Virus record (IMG/VR): IMGVR_UViG_3300049571_000380
Coordinates: 96,001 to 160,000 of that record
Source: a virus
Direction: 5' to 3' (one strand)
DNA length: 64,000 nucleotides
The position numbers and the translations under genes are program-made. The notes beneath the pieces are model-generated. The model was given only the letters and a program-made list of their open reading frames with translations, searched no databases and was not told the origin of the DNA. Below, piece by piece: positions 46,708 to 55,981 of this stretch (positions within the stretch are counted from its first letter, which is position 1; every line of letters starts with the position of its first letter).

Positions 46708-46869
46708 GTTGGGCTCCTTTCCTCAACTGTACCTATCGTAGCACTCTTTGAGATTCAAGTTGGCTAAAAGGGTGCGGTTGGCCAGAGAGTGTCCGTTGCT
46801 GGGGAGAACAAGGGTACGACGGGAAGCCGTTCATGTTTCTATCAACGGGGGAAACAATCCGGCCACGAC

Positions 46870-46901
46870 GAAGGGGACCCGGTTCCTACCGGGTCCCCTT
46901 C
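46870..46901. terminator. Hairpin terminator
   Basis: gaaggggacccgg / ccgggtccccttc. Confidence 0.65.
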
Positions 46902-47135
46902 GAGGTTCCGTGTACTCGACTCAGCCGAGCGGCGGAAGGTTGCGCTGGTGCGCGTGAGCGCGATCGATGGACTCCTGACTGCGCGGCTGCGCGAGAGCGC
47001 GGCGCATGCCCTCCATCGGGTCCTCCGCGACCGGCGGAGGGGTGCTGCGGCGGGAGGTCTTCTCCCTGGCCGCCTGGGATGCGGACTTCTTGCCCGCGTA
47101 CTTCGTTGCGGCGAGGCGCTGGTCACGGCTCGGCA

Positions 47136-47537
47136 TCAGTTCTCCTTCTCCTCGGAAATGACCAGCGGCATCCGCGCCGCCAGCCAGACCTTCTCGTCCG
47201 ACGTCATCTCGCGGAACGGCTGGGTCGCGAAGTAGACGACGGCGTGCTTCAGGTGCGCGATCTCCTCGCGCTTGGCCAGCAGGGGGGCGATCACGTACAA
47301 CGACCCGAGGGCGACGTACATGTTCACGCCCTTGACCTCGACGTAAGCGCGCTCCACGACCGGAGGCACGGGACCGATCGGGTAGGTGGTGTACTCCGCC
47401 CCGCAGGCGTGCCCCTTCGTCTCCGCCTCGACCCGTCCGTCCTCGTTCGGGTGATGCAGGAAGACGCCGAGCAGGTCGGGATCCGAGGGAACACCGATGG
47501 AGATCTCGACGTCGACCACCTCGAACCCGGGGGTCAC
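47136..47537 (-). CDS. Hypothetical protein
   Basis: 133-aa ORF, coupled. Confidence 0.5.
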   Translation of the reverse strand: MTPGFEVVDVEISIGVPSDPDLLGVFLHHPNEDGRVEAETKGHACGAEYTTYPIGPVPPVVERAYVEVKGVNMYVALGSLYVIAPLLAKREEIAHLKHAVVYFATQPFREMTSDEKVWLAARMPLVISEEKEN

Positions 47538-47855
47538 CGGGCGGCGCCCATGTTGTCGTGGTCGAGGACCACGGCCTCCTCCACGCGGCTGCCGATCAGG
47601 ACGGCGAGCACCCCGGCGACCGAGAGCAGGATCCAGCTCTTCAGTTTCTTCACGTTCCTCTCCGTTTTCCTGTCACGTTTCCCTGTCGGATCGAACTTGA
47701 AAAAGAACCCCTGACGCACACGGACTCGGAGCGTCGTGCGCCTCCGAGTCCGTGTGGTGTGCTCCGTGTGCGATCAGCCCTGGTTTCCGCCGAGGCCGTG
47801 GCCGCAGCCCGATCCGTTCTTGGCTCCGCACTGGGGGCAGGGGTTGGGGTTCATG

Positions 47856-48119
47856 TCAGGCCGTCACCCCCTCGGCCTGCTTCAGCTTCTCCAGCACCTC
47901 GTGGGCCCAGGAGTTCTTCGACCGGGCCGCCTGGTTGAGACGGCTCCTCAAGCGCCGGATCATGGTGGAGTCGTTGTAGCTGTACTCCGTCGCCACGTCC
48001 TTCACCATGGAGGTGAAGTTCTGGGCGGCCTCGGGGGAGAGTCCCTTGGTGAGAGCCTGCGCCGCCTTGTCGAATCCGCTCTTCGTGGAACGCTTCTTGT
48101 TGTTTCGGCCGTTGCTCAC
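47856..48119 (-). CDS. Hypothetical protein
   Basis: 87-aa ORF with RBS and an upstream promoter bearing a variant operator (ggcccaggcc, 48179-48188). Confidence 0.5.
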   Translation of the reverse strand: MSNGRNNKKRSTKSGFDKAAQALTKGLSPEAAQNFTSMVKDVATEYSYNDSTMIRRLRSRLNQAARSKNSWAHEVLEKLKQAEGVTA

Positions 48120-48240
48120 GCTTCAGTCCCCTTTCCGAGACCGCCCTGTCCGGCGGTGAGTCATACTCTTCCAGAGGTGGCCCAGGCCGTCAAGTCCGGG
48201 TAATGAAGGTACACTTGACCTGCGTAGACAAGGAGGTGAG

Positions 48241-48708
48241 ATGAGGAGAGCAGCGCTCGGCGCCCAGCGGAAGGCGAAGCAGGGGCAGCGGCCCGATGTG
48301 CTGGCGCCGTTCCTGGACCTGCCGGAAGCGGGCAAGCGGCTGTCGTTCACGCAGGTGCCCGACTGGGTGATGCTCTGCGACCGGGTGAATCCGACGGCGT
48401 TCCGGCTGTGGTGCGTCCTGCGCTCGATGCAGTTCGAGAACGGGCCGGGCATACCGCCGCTGACTCTCGACGAGGTCTGCTGGCTGCTGCCGGGCATCAA
48501 CAAGAAGCCGACGTCGAGGACCCGGGCCAGGGAGGCGCTGGACTGCCTGCTGGCCGAGGGTCTACTGAAGGACGTCACGGCGGAAGGGGCCTCGAAGGCG
48601 GCCCCCAGGCTCTATCTGGCGATGGACGAGCCGCAGGGACCGATGGGCTGGAGCAGTGCCCGGCGCAAGCTCAGGCGCTACACGAAGCTCTGGCGCAAGG
48701 CCGAGTGA
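48241..48708 (+). CDS. Winged-HTH protein resembling plasmid/phage replication-initiator N-termini
   Basis: FTQVPDWVML...PTAFRLWCVLRS...REALDCLLAEGLL; AGGAGG RBS. Confidence 0.55.
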   Translation: MRRAALGAQRKAKQGQRPDVLAPFLDLPEAGKRLSFTQVPDWVMLCDRVNPTAFRLWCVLRSMQFENGPGIPPLTLDEVCWLLPGINKKPTSRTRAREALDCLLAEGLLKDVTAEGASKAAPRLYLAMDEPQGPMGWSSARRKLRRYTKLWRKAE

Positions 48709-48709
48709 A

Positions 48710-48756
48710 ACAGCAGACGGCCGCCTCCACGGGGGAAGAGGACGGCCGTCTGCTGT
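48710..48756 (+). terminator. Long hairpin downstream of the wHTH gene
   Basis: acagcagacggccg / cggccgtctgctgt 14-bp perfect inverted repeat. Confidence 0.55.
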
Positions 48757-48858
48757 ACACGGTAGAGCTGAATCAGGGTTGATCGCCCGCGAATCCAGGA
48801 AGCTCTGGACTTCCTCAAGAGTGGGGACAGCCGTTTCCGGGTTGGGAAAGATGCCAGT

Positions 48859-49212
48859 ATGGACTTCAAGAACCCGTTCAAGAAGCGGCCGGAAAAGAAG
48901 GCGGACTCGGCCTCCGCCCCCACCGCGAAGCGCACCACCCCGGCCCCGGCGAGCCGTCCCGCCCCGGCGCCGTACCGGCCCGAGCCGGACCCGGTGTCGT
49001 ACGCGACCCTCTACGCGCCGCCGCCCTCCAGCCGGTCCGACGACTGCGGCACCTCTTCCGGCTCGCACTCGTCGGGCGGCGGGTCGCACCACTCGTACGA
49101 CTCGGGCAGCTCGCACAGCAGCAGCCACAGCAGCTACGACTCGGGGTCCTCGCACTCCTCCAGCTCGTACGACTCGGGCTCGTCGGGCTGCGACAGCGGC
49201 GGGGGATTCTGA
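48859..49212 (+). CDS. Small protein with a Ser/Gly/Asp-rich repeat tail
   Basis: YDSGSS repeated three times; terminal CDSGGGF. Confidence 0.55.
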   Translation: MDFKNPFKKRPEKKADSASAPTAKRTTPAPASRPAPAPYRPEPDPVSYATLYAPPPSSRSDDCGTSSGSHSSGGGSHHSYDSGSSHSSSHSSYDSGSSHSSSSYDSGSSGCDSGGGF

Positions 49213-49393
49213 GAGGATGTCCCCCGAGCAGGGCCCACCTGGGAGCGTCGGTATCCCGGGTGGGCCCTGACTCATACGACCCCGACGAGCGCCAGGATCA
49301 GGACGATCAGCAGGATCGCCACGAGCAGGGTGATCAGTCCATTGGTCGTCATGGTGTCCTCCTCACGAGGGCACCTACCCCGGATGGCCCGGC

Positions 49394-52300
49394 CTACGAG
49401 AGGGCCGCCCAGCGGGAGCCGGTGTTCTGCGACCCCGAGCTGAGCGTGATGCTCGACGGGAGCGCCGTCTGGCCGGTGCCGGAAGTGAGGAACCGGGAGG
49501 TCGCGGTGGTGAGACCGGCGTTCATCGCGCTGGAGACGCCACCCGAGGCGGCCACCGACGGCTGGGTGCCAGTGCCCACCGACAGGAAGGCGACGTAGTA
49601 GTCCCCGACCGCGAGCGTCTGCGCCGCCGTGAGGGCCGCCGTCTTCAGGCCCTGGGAGCCGAAGTTGGTGGTCTGGTCAGCGCTGACGGCGAGCCGGGTC
49701 CCGGAGGAGTTGTACAGGCCGACAAAGTTCTGACCGCTGGTCAGGGATGTTCCCGCCGTGGTGACGCCGTACAGGATGTTCGAGACCACGGTCGACCGGT
49801 TCACGATCTTGACCTTGGACAGATATACGACGCCCGTGCTCAGCGGGAAGGCGTCGGCGATCGTGGCCGGGTCCTGCGTCCACGTGATCAGGTCGTGGTC
49901 GGCCGGAGTGAAGGTCGGGTTGTTGACCACGCTCAGTGGATACTGGAGAAGCCCGGCGGGCATCGCGTTTCCGGTATTGAAAGTGATGATGTCCCGGAAA
50001 ACGGTGGACGACGACTTCGTGTAGGTGACCGTTCCGCCCGTGTTGTTCTCGATGCGGATCCGCTCGAAAATGTTTGGTGCTGCCGAGGTCGTGTTCAGGT
50101 CTTCGATGATCTGAAGCGTGCCGCTCGACTCGACGTTCACCCACTTCGCCTGGAACAGGTTGTTGTAGGAGTTCGAGGCGCAGACGAACATCTTGTTTCC
50201 GGCCTGACCGCTGTCTCCGGTGACGTAGTTGCAGTAAAACTCGTTGCTCTCACCGTTGGCGACGTTGATACCGGTCTGGAACTGCTCCAGGTTCAGGCCG
50301 TAGAACCGCTGGCTGGCCGTGGGATCGGTTCCTCCGACATAGATGCCCGTGCATCCCGTGGAGTTCGCCCCAGCTTCGAACATGTGCCAGATGTTCTGGT
50401 TCATGTTGTTGGCCTGCGAGTCGAAGTAGAGGGCGTATCCGCCCGTTCCGACGATCTCCACGAAGAAGCGCGAGAAGACGCAGTCTCCCGCGTTCTGCAC
50501 GGTGGAGTTGTTGATGATTTTGATGCCGTTCCGGCAGCCCTCCACCTCGATATTTTCGAAGGTGGAACGCCACGGCATTCCCAGCTCCATGCCCCACGTG
50601 GTGTAGGAGGCATTGAAGGCTCCGTTGATGCGGAGGTTCCGGAAGCTGGAGTGCCAGAACGAAATCGTGTTGTTGTCGCCGACGTCGTTCACGCCGATCG
50701 ACTTGATTCCGATTCCGGATCCGGCGATGAAGATGCAGAACGAATCGAGGTGGACCTGGGCCCAGTCCGAGATGGTGATGGCGACGACGTTCGAGGCCGC
50801 GTTCAGGTAGGTCGCCTGCTGGCCGCAGCCGCGCAGGGTCACCGTCTTTGCGTTGTCCTCGTCGATGGTGCCGTTGATCTCCACGGTGGCCGCGACGTTG
50901 AAGGTGCCGGGCGAGAGCAGCACCACGCCGCCACCCGTGGCCTGCACCGCATCGATCGCCGCCTGGATCTGCACCTCGTCCGCCGTGCCGTCGCAGACGT
51001 AGTCGGCCATCGCCTTGTCGGCGGCCGGGGCGTCCGAAGCGGCCACGTACAGGGCTCCGGCCAGCGCCCGGCTGGTCACCGGGACGTAGCTCCAGGTGCC
51101 GCTGATGCGCGTGTACAGCCGCTTGTTGGTCGTGTCGACGCCCATCATGCCGTCGCTGGGCACGAGCGGAGCGAAGGTCGCGTCGGAGATGGCCCCGGCG
51201 TTCGTCCGCAGGGCGGGGGTCACATCCCCCTTCGCGCCGCCGCCCATGTTGTCGCGCGCCATCGTGCCGGGGGCGTTGATGTCGAGGGCGGCCACGGCCA
51301 GCGTGCCCTTGGTGATGAGCATGTTGCCGAGGATCAGGTTGCTGCCCGAGTCGCCGACGGACTCCTCGCGGATCAGGGAGTGAGCGGCACCGTTCGTCGT
51401 GTGGGACGTGAGGGAGTTGCCCGAGATCAGGTTGCCGGTCGCGGCGTACTCCAGGTGGATGCCGGTGTACGCACCGGCCGTGCCGACGGCGCCGATGCCG
51501 AAGATGGTGTTCCCCTCGACCACGCAGTTCTGGGCCGCGAGGAAGATGGCGTCACCGGCCACCCCGTCGAAGTTGCATCCGATGATCTTCGTGGCTGCCA
51601 CATCCTGCACCCGGATGGCCGGTCGGCTGTTTCCGCCGTTGACGAAGTTGCACCCCAGGATCGTCTGCGTTCCGGCCGAGTCGTGGATCATACCCATGAC
51701 CGCGCCGGATCCGCCGAGGAACTGGAAGTCGCAGGCCACGATGAAGTTCTCGTCGTTCGACGTCATGTAGATCGCGTTGCCCTCCAGGGTGGAGGTGTTC
51801 GCGTTGTCGAACAGGCAGTGCGTGACGATGTTGTTGTGGCCGAACGCCGGGCCGGTGATGGCACCGAGGACCAGGCCGGTGCTCTTGCAGGCGGTGAAGT
51901 GGATGCGCTGGAACACGCACTCGACGGCGCCGATGGCCCAGATGCCGCCGCTCGGGCCGGTCGTCTGGTTGGTGTGGTTGCCGTCGATGGTGAAGTCGGA
52001 GAAGGTCGAGCGCGTCTCGCCTCCGGAGAAGGTGATCGCGTTGTCGTCGACTCCGGCGGCCAGCTTCAGCACGGTTCCCCAGCCCGACCCCACCAGGCCC
52101 AGCCCGACCCCGTCCGGCCAGTTGATCGTGGCGCCCAGGTTGAAGGTGCCGTCGAGCAGCCGGATGCGGCCCTTGCCGGGAAAGCCGTCCACCAGATCGA
52201 CGGCCTGCTGGATCACGAGGTGGTCGTCGGTGCCGGTGCAGATGAAGTCGGCATCATCCTTCGAGGCGGAGTCTGCGGCGGCGACCGTGACTTCCCCCGA

Positions 52301-55300
52301 GACGGCCCGGCTCCGGGTGAAGGTGCTGGTCGTGCCGATCGCGTAGGTGATGTTCGAGCCGAGCCGGATCTCTCCGTTGTCGCCCGCGTCGAAGATGCCG
52401 CCGGTCGCCGCGTGCAGGTAGGCGTTGTCGACCTGCACGAACGGAGTGTCGGTGAAGGATCCGCCGTACTGAGGCGAGTTGGTGGACGCGCCTCCGTCGT
52501 CCACGCCGGGGAAGTTCGTCCAGTCGCCGATGATGACCGGGGTGGTCGCGCCGTTGGTGGCCAGGCCCGCGTACCCGCCACCGCCAGTGCCGCCGTTGCG
52601 GCCGTCGCGGCGCGTCATCAGGTTCGAGATGACGATCGGCGGCGTGCCGGTGCAGTCCAGGTAGACGCCGTTGAAGCCGTTGCGGTCGGTCGAGCAGCCC
52701 GACATCAGCATGCCGCCGGACCCGGCGCCGTTGCCCCAGTCGCCACTCAGATAGAAGCCATGGTTGCCGTTCCACTCGGCCCGGCATCCGAGCATCTGCG
52801 AGTTCGCCGCATTCTGGAGCATCCAGCCGTTGGACCAGTTGCCGATGGACTGGCAGTCGATGGCGGTTAGATCGACCATGCGCTCGCCGAAGAACCCGTG
52901 GGCGTGGTTGTTGTCGAGCATCACGCGGTGCATGCGCCAGGAGTAAGGAGCGACGCCGCCCTGGAGGCCGCAGTAGATGCCGGAGTTCGGGAAGCGCCGG
53001 ATTGTGACGTCGCGCAGGGCCACGTTCTGGATGTTTCCCTTGGCCTGGATGCCGTCGACTCCGGCCGCCACGTTCGAGCCGTCGAGCGTGAGGTTCAGGA
53101 TCCGCTGTTCACCGGAGATGTCCGCATAGCCGCCGTCGGTGGCGTCCAGGAAGCGGATGGCCGCGACACCCGTGAAGGTGGCCAGGGGCTTGATCTGCAC
53201 GTTCGGCTCGTAGAGGTCGGTGACCGTCATCAGGTCTGAACGCAGGCCCATCAGCGTCTTGCCGGGCGGCACGACGATCGGCTCGTCGGTTGCGTAGGTG
53301 CGCGCAGGCAGCACGATGACGCTGCCTGCGGGGGAGGTGCTGAGGATGGTGTTGATGGCAGGGGCGTCGTCCGTGGTTCCGTCGCCGACGACACCGTGAT
53401 CGACGCCGTTGATCCACAGGGAGTCCTGCGCCATGTAAAGGTCGTCGGCCGTGGCCTGGTCGAGTGCGCCGACGTCGGCCGCACTCAGACTCACGGCGCC
53501 GGTCTCGCCGTTCACGGAGGTCACGGGAGCGGTCGGAAGCTGCGCCGAGGGGACCTTGCCCGTGTTGTCGAGGGTGGCGACGCCGTTGTTGGCGCCCTTC
53601 TCGTCCGAGTCGATCGCCCCCACGTCGGCCGCGCTCAGGCTGACCGCTCCGGTTTCCCCGTTGACCGAGGTGACCGGAGCGGTGGGGAGCTGGCCGGAAG
53701 GGACCTTGCCGTCGAGGCCGAGGGTGGCCACACCGCTGGCGACACCCTTCTCGGTCGTGTCGATCGCGCCGACGTCGGCTGCCGAGAGCGTCACATCCGG
53801 GCCGGATTCGCCGTTCACGGTCTCCACGACGGGCTCTCCGGCCGTCGAGGTGTCAGTGATGAGGCCGAGCGCTTCCAGGCCGTCCAGCAGGCTCTGGAGG
53901 GCGCCGCCGGTCGTGCGTTCGCCGGAGACCGTCTGCCTTCCGACGGCCGTCGCGCCGAAGAAGCCGAGCAGGTTGTTCAGCCCGTCGATGGTGTGCACCG
54001 ACGTGTCGTCCGGGTTGGCCCCGAACAGCCACTTGCCGCTCGCGTGAGCGGTGAACTCACCGGACTCCAGACGCAGGTACGTCCACTGCTCACCGAGGAA
54101 GTTGACCAGCTCGAAGACCGACACGAACAGATCGGCACCCGAGGCGTCGAGGTCCAGGGATGCGCCGGACTGCCGGAAGCGGTAGCTCTTCGCGTCTTCC
54201 TGGCCGATGAGGAAGTCGGAGTTGATCAGTGCCAGCAGGCCGACACCGAGCCGCTTGAGGAAGGTGTCCATCGAGCCGGAGCCCGAGCCCCACTGCATCT
54301 CACCGTCGGTGAGCCGACGCCAGAGATCGTTGGTGTTGACCAGCGTCCGGGAGGACTGGGCCACGTCGTCGTCGGCCGCGCGCAGCGAGGAGATGGTGCC
54401 GGTGAACTCGGCGCCGGAGAGCTGGGCGTATCCGCTCAGGTCGACAGCGGCACCGCCGCCGGGACCCGAGCCGAACTTGCCCGCCTTGATGAACAGGGCC
54501 TGCGCCACGTCGGAGAGATCGGTGGCCGAGCCGGAGGTCGCCAGGAATCCCAGGTTGATGGCGTTGCCGGGGAGTGCCGGGTTCGTCGCGAAGGCTTCCT
54601 TGCCCGCAGCGGAGACCGCGTCGTCGAGCGAGGCGTACGTCTGCTGGCCGTACTGAAGGACGTGGACCTCTGAGCCCTCGTTGGTGGGGAACATCCAGAG
54701 CTGGTGGACCACATACTCCCCGCCAGGGACGGCCGTCAGGGAACCATTGTTGTCGTAGTTGCCGACGTCCACCACGGTCGACGACAGGACGTGCTCCAGG
54801 TCGGAATCCCGCAGGACGTTCGTCCAGGAGGCCGGGGAGGCGCCGACCGTGTTCGTGATGTGCGGGTTGTTGGTTTCGGCGTTGCCGTCGAAGTGGTTCC
54901 AGCCCCGGGAGAAGACCTGACCGGCGCCCACGTTGAGCATCAGGTTCGCACCGTTGGGGCTGACGTCGTTGCCCGAGATGCCGAAGGCGCCGATCGCGTC
55001 CATCAGGTCGTAGAGCTGGTTGACCGGGTTGCCCGAGATGGTGGGGATGGACTGCGCCAGGAAGATGGACCCGTTGTCCTGCGCGGCCAGGCCGAGGACG
55101 ATGAACGTCCGTCGGTCTTCGGGGGTGGGCCGGTTCTCCTGCTGGTAGACGTTCAGATCGGCGTCCATCACGAACCAGGTGATGTCCCGGGTTTGGGCGA
55201 CGCTGTCCAGTTCGACGGTGATGACGCTCGTGCTCTCGACGGGGGTGATCGTCGGAGGGTTGCTGAGGTAGTCGACGATCCGGCCGCTCAGGGGGTTGAT

Positions 55301-55915
55301 GTCGATGGCCAGGGGGTTGCCCGGGTTCACCGAGATGTCGCCACCGGAGGTGATGCCGGTGTCGAGGCCGCCGTCCACGCCGGAGGGACCGGCGGGGCCC
55401 ACGAGGGAGGCAAGCCACTCTTCCTCAGTTCCGACGAAGCCGTTGTCGACCGCGACCTGGTAGGCGGACTCGCCGTCCTGGCCGTCGGCGCCCGGAGTGC
55501 CGGGTGCGCCGGGCGCACCGGGACTGCCGGGCGGTCCGGGGACGGGCACGTAGTCGACGCCGCAGATGTCCACCGAGAGGATGTCGGTGATGTCGAGTGC
55601 GCCAGTCCCTTCCGGGAGGGCGAAGACACTCTCTTCCCAGTCACCGCCGACGAACTGCCGCAGGCGCCACATGCGGCCGTCGGCCGGGAGGACTCCAGTC
55701 GCATCGGTGCAGACGAGATCTTCCGAGAAGTGGCCGTTCTCGTCGAGCGTGACCTTTCCGCCACCGAGGAGAATCTGATTCCCTTCCTGATCCGTCCAGC
55801 GGGCCGGAACAGGTTCGAAAATCACGTAGTTGGATCCGTCGCTTCCGTCATACGGCTCACCATTGACCGGATTGACGTAAGTGCCGGTGACGGTACGTTC
55901 GGTCGGCAGCGCCAT
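49394..55915 (-). CDS. Giant tail-fibre/tailspike-like protein with multiple right-handed beta-helix (pectate-lyase-like) modules
   Basis: 2173 aa; N-terminal anchor shared with 55982-57508; collagen-like GxP repeats; VTSVNGETGAVSL repeats; repeated DG(T/V)xDxxxIxxA(I/V)D module openers; PbH1-like repeats. Confidence 0.75.
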   Translation of the reverse strand: MALPTERTVTGTYVNPVNGEPYDGSDGSNYVIFEPVPARWTDQEGNQILLGGGKVTLDENGHFSEDLVCTDATGVLPADGRMWRLRQFVGGDWEESVFALPEGTGALDITDILSVDICGVDYVPVPGPPGSPGAPGAPGTPGADGQDGESAYQVAVDNGFVGTEEEWLASLVGPAGPSGVDGGLDTGITSGGDISVNPGNPLAIDINPLSGRIVDYLSNPPTITPVESTSVITVELDSVAQTRDITWFVMDADLNVYQQENRPTPEDRRTFIVLGLAAQDNGSIFLAQSIPTISGNPVNQLYDLMDAIGAFGISGNDVSPNGANLMLNVGAGQVFSRGWNHFDGNAETNNPHITNTVGASPASWTNVLRDSDLEHVLSSTVVDVGNYDNNGSLTAVPGGEYVVHQLWMFPTNEGSEVHVLQYGQQTYASLDDAVSAAGKEAFATNPALPGNAINLGFLATSGSATDLSDVAQALFIKAGKFGSGPGGGAAVDLSGYAQLSGAEFTGTISSLRAADDDVAQSSRTLVNTNDLWRRLTDGEMQWGSGSGSMDTFLKRLGVGLLALINSDFLIGQEDAKSYRFRQSGASLDLDASGADLFVSVFELVNFLGEQWTYLRLESGEFTAHASGKWLFGANPDDTSVHTIDGLNNLLGFFGATAVGRQTVSGERTTGGALQSLLDGLEALGLITDTSTAGEPVVETVNGESGPDVTLSAADVGAIDTTEKGVASGVATLGLDGKVPSGQLPTAPVTSVNGETGAVSLSAADVGAIDSDEKGANNGVATLDNTGKVPSAQLPTAPVTSVNGETGAVSLSAADVGALDQATADDLYMAQDSLWINGVDHGVVGDGTTDDAPAINTILSTSPAGSVIVLPARTYATDEPIVVPPGKTLMGLRSDLMTVTDLYEPNVQIKPLATFTGVAAIRFLDATDGGYADISGEQRILNLTLDGSNVAAGVDGIQAKGNIQNVALRDVTIRRFPNSGIYCGLQGGVAPYSWRMHRVMLDNNHAHGFFGERMVDLTAIDCQSIGNWSNGWMLQNAANSQMLGCRAEWNGNHGFYLSGDWGNGAGSGGMLMSGCSTDRNGFNGVYLDCTGTPPIVISNLMTRRDGRNGGTGGGGYAGLATNGATTPVIIGDWTNFPGVDDGGASTNSPQYGGSFTDTPFVQVDNAYLHAATGGIFDAGDNGEIRLGSNITYAIGTTSTFTRSRAVSGEVTVAAADSASKDDADFICTGTDDHLVIQQAVDLVDGFPGKGRIRLLDGTFNLGATINWPDGVGLGLVGSGWGTVLKLAAGVDDNAITFSGGETRSTFSDFTIDGNHTNQTTGPSGGIWAIGAVECVFQRIHFTACKSTGLVLGAITGPAFGHNNIVTHCLFDNANTSTLEGNAIYMTSNDENFIVACDFQFLGGSGAVMGMIHDSAGTQTILGCNFVNGGNSRPAIRVQDVAATKIIGCNFDGVAGDAIFLAAQNCVVEGNTIFGIGAVGTAGAYTGIHLEYAATGNLISGNSLTSHTTNGAAHSLIREESVGDSGSNLILGNMLITKGTLAVAALDINAPGTMARDNMGGGAKGDVTPALRTNAGAISDATFAPLVPSDGMMGVDTTNKRLYTRISGTWSYVPVTSRALAGALYVAASDAPAADKAMADYVCDGTADEVQIQAAIDAVQATGGGVVLLSPGTFNVAATVEINGTIDEDNAKTVTLRGCGQQATYLNAASNVVAITISDWAQVHLDSFCIFIAGSGIGIKSIGVNDVGDNNTISFWHSSFRNLRINGAFNASYTTWGMELGMPWRSTFENIEVEGCRNGIKIINNSTVQNAGDCVFSRFFVEIVGTGGYALYFDSQANNMNQNIWHMFEAGANSTGCTGIYVGGTDPTASQRFYGLNLEQFQTGINVANGESNEFYCNYVTGDSGQAGNKMFVCASNSYNNLFQAKWVNVESSGTLQIIEDLNTTSAAPNIFERIRIENNTGGTVTYTKSSSTVFRDIITFNTGNAMPAGLLQYPLSVVNNPTFTPADHDLITWTQDPATIADAFPLSTGVVYLSKVKIVNRSTVVSNILYGVTTAGTSLTSGQNFVGLYNSSGTRLAVSADQTTNFGSQGLKTAALTAAQTLAVGDYYVAFLSVGTGTQPSVAASGGVSSAMNAGLTTATSRFLTSGTGQTALPSSITLSSGSQNTGSRWAALS

Positions 55916-55981
55916 GGTCAGCCTTTCTCTCGTCTGGGAGCAGAGTAATCAGGAATTACGACGAGCGCCGAAGCGATTGGC

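Noticed and set aside
47720-47850. clt-type 8-bp repeat locus for the TraB-like protein
   Set aside because: Only a hairpin and scattered agccc words; no regular direct-repeat array
53440-53830. DNA tandem repeat as a regulatory or DGR variable region
   Set aside because: Repeats are in-frame protein repeats; no reverse transcriptase or adenine-specific mismatch pattern
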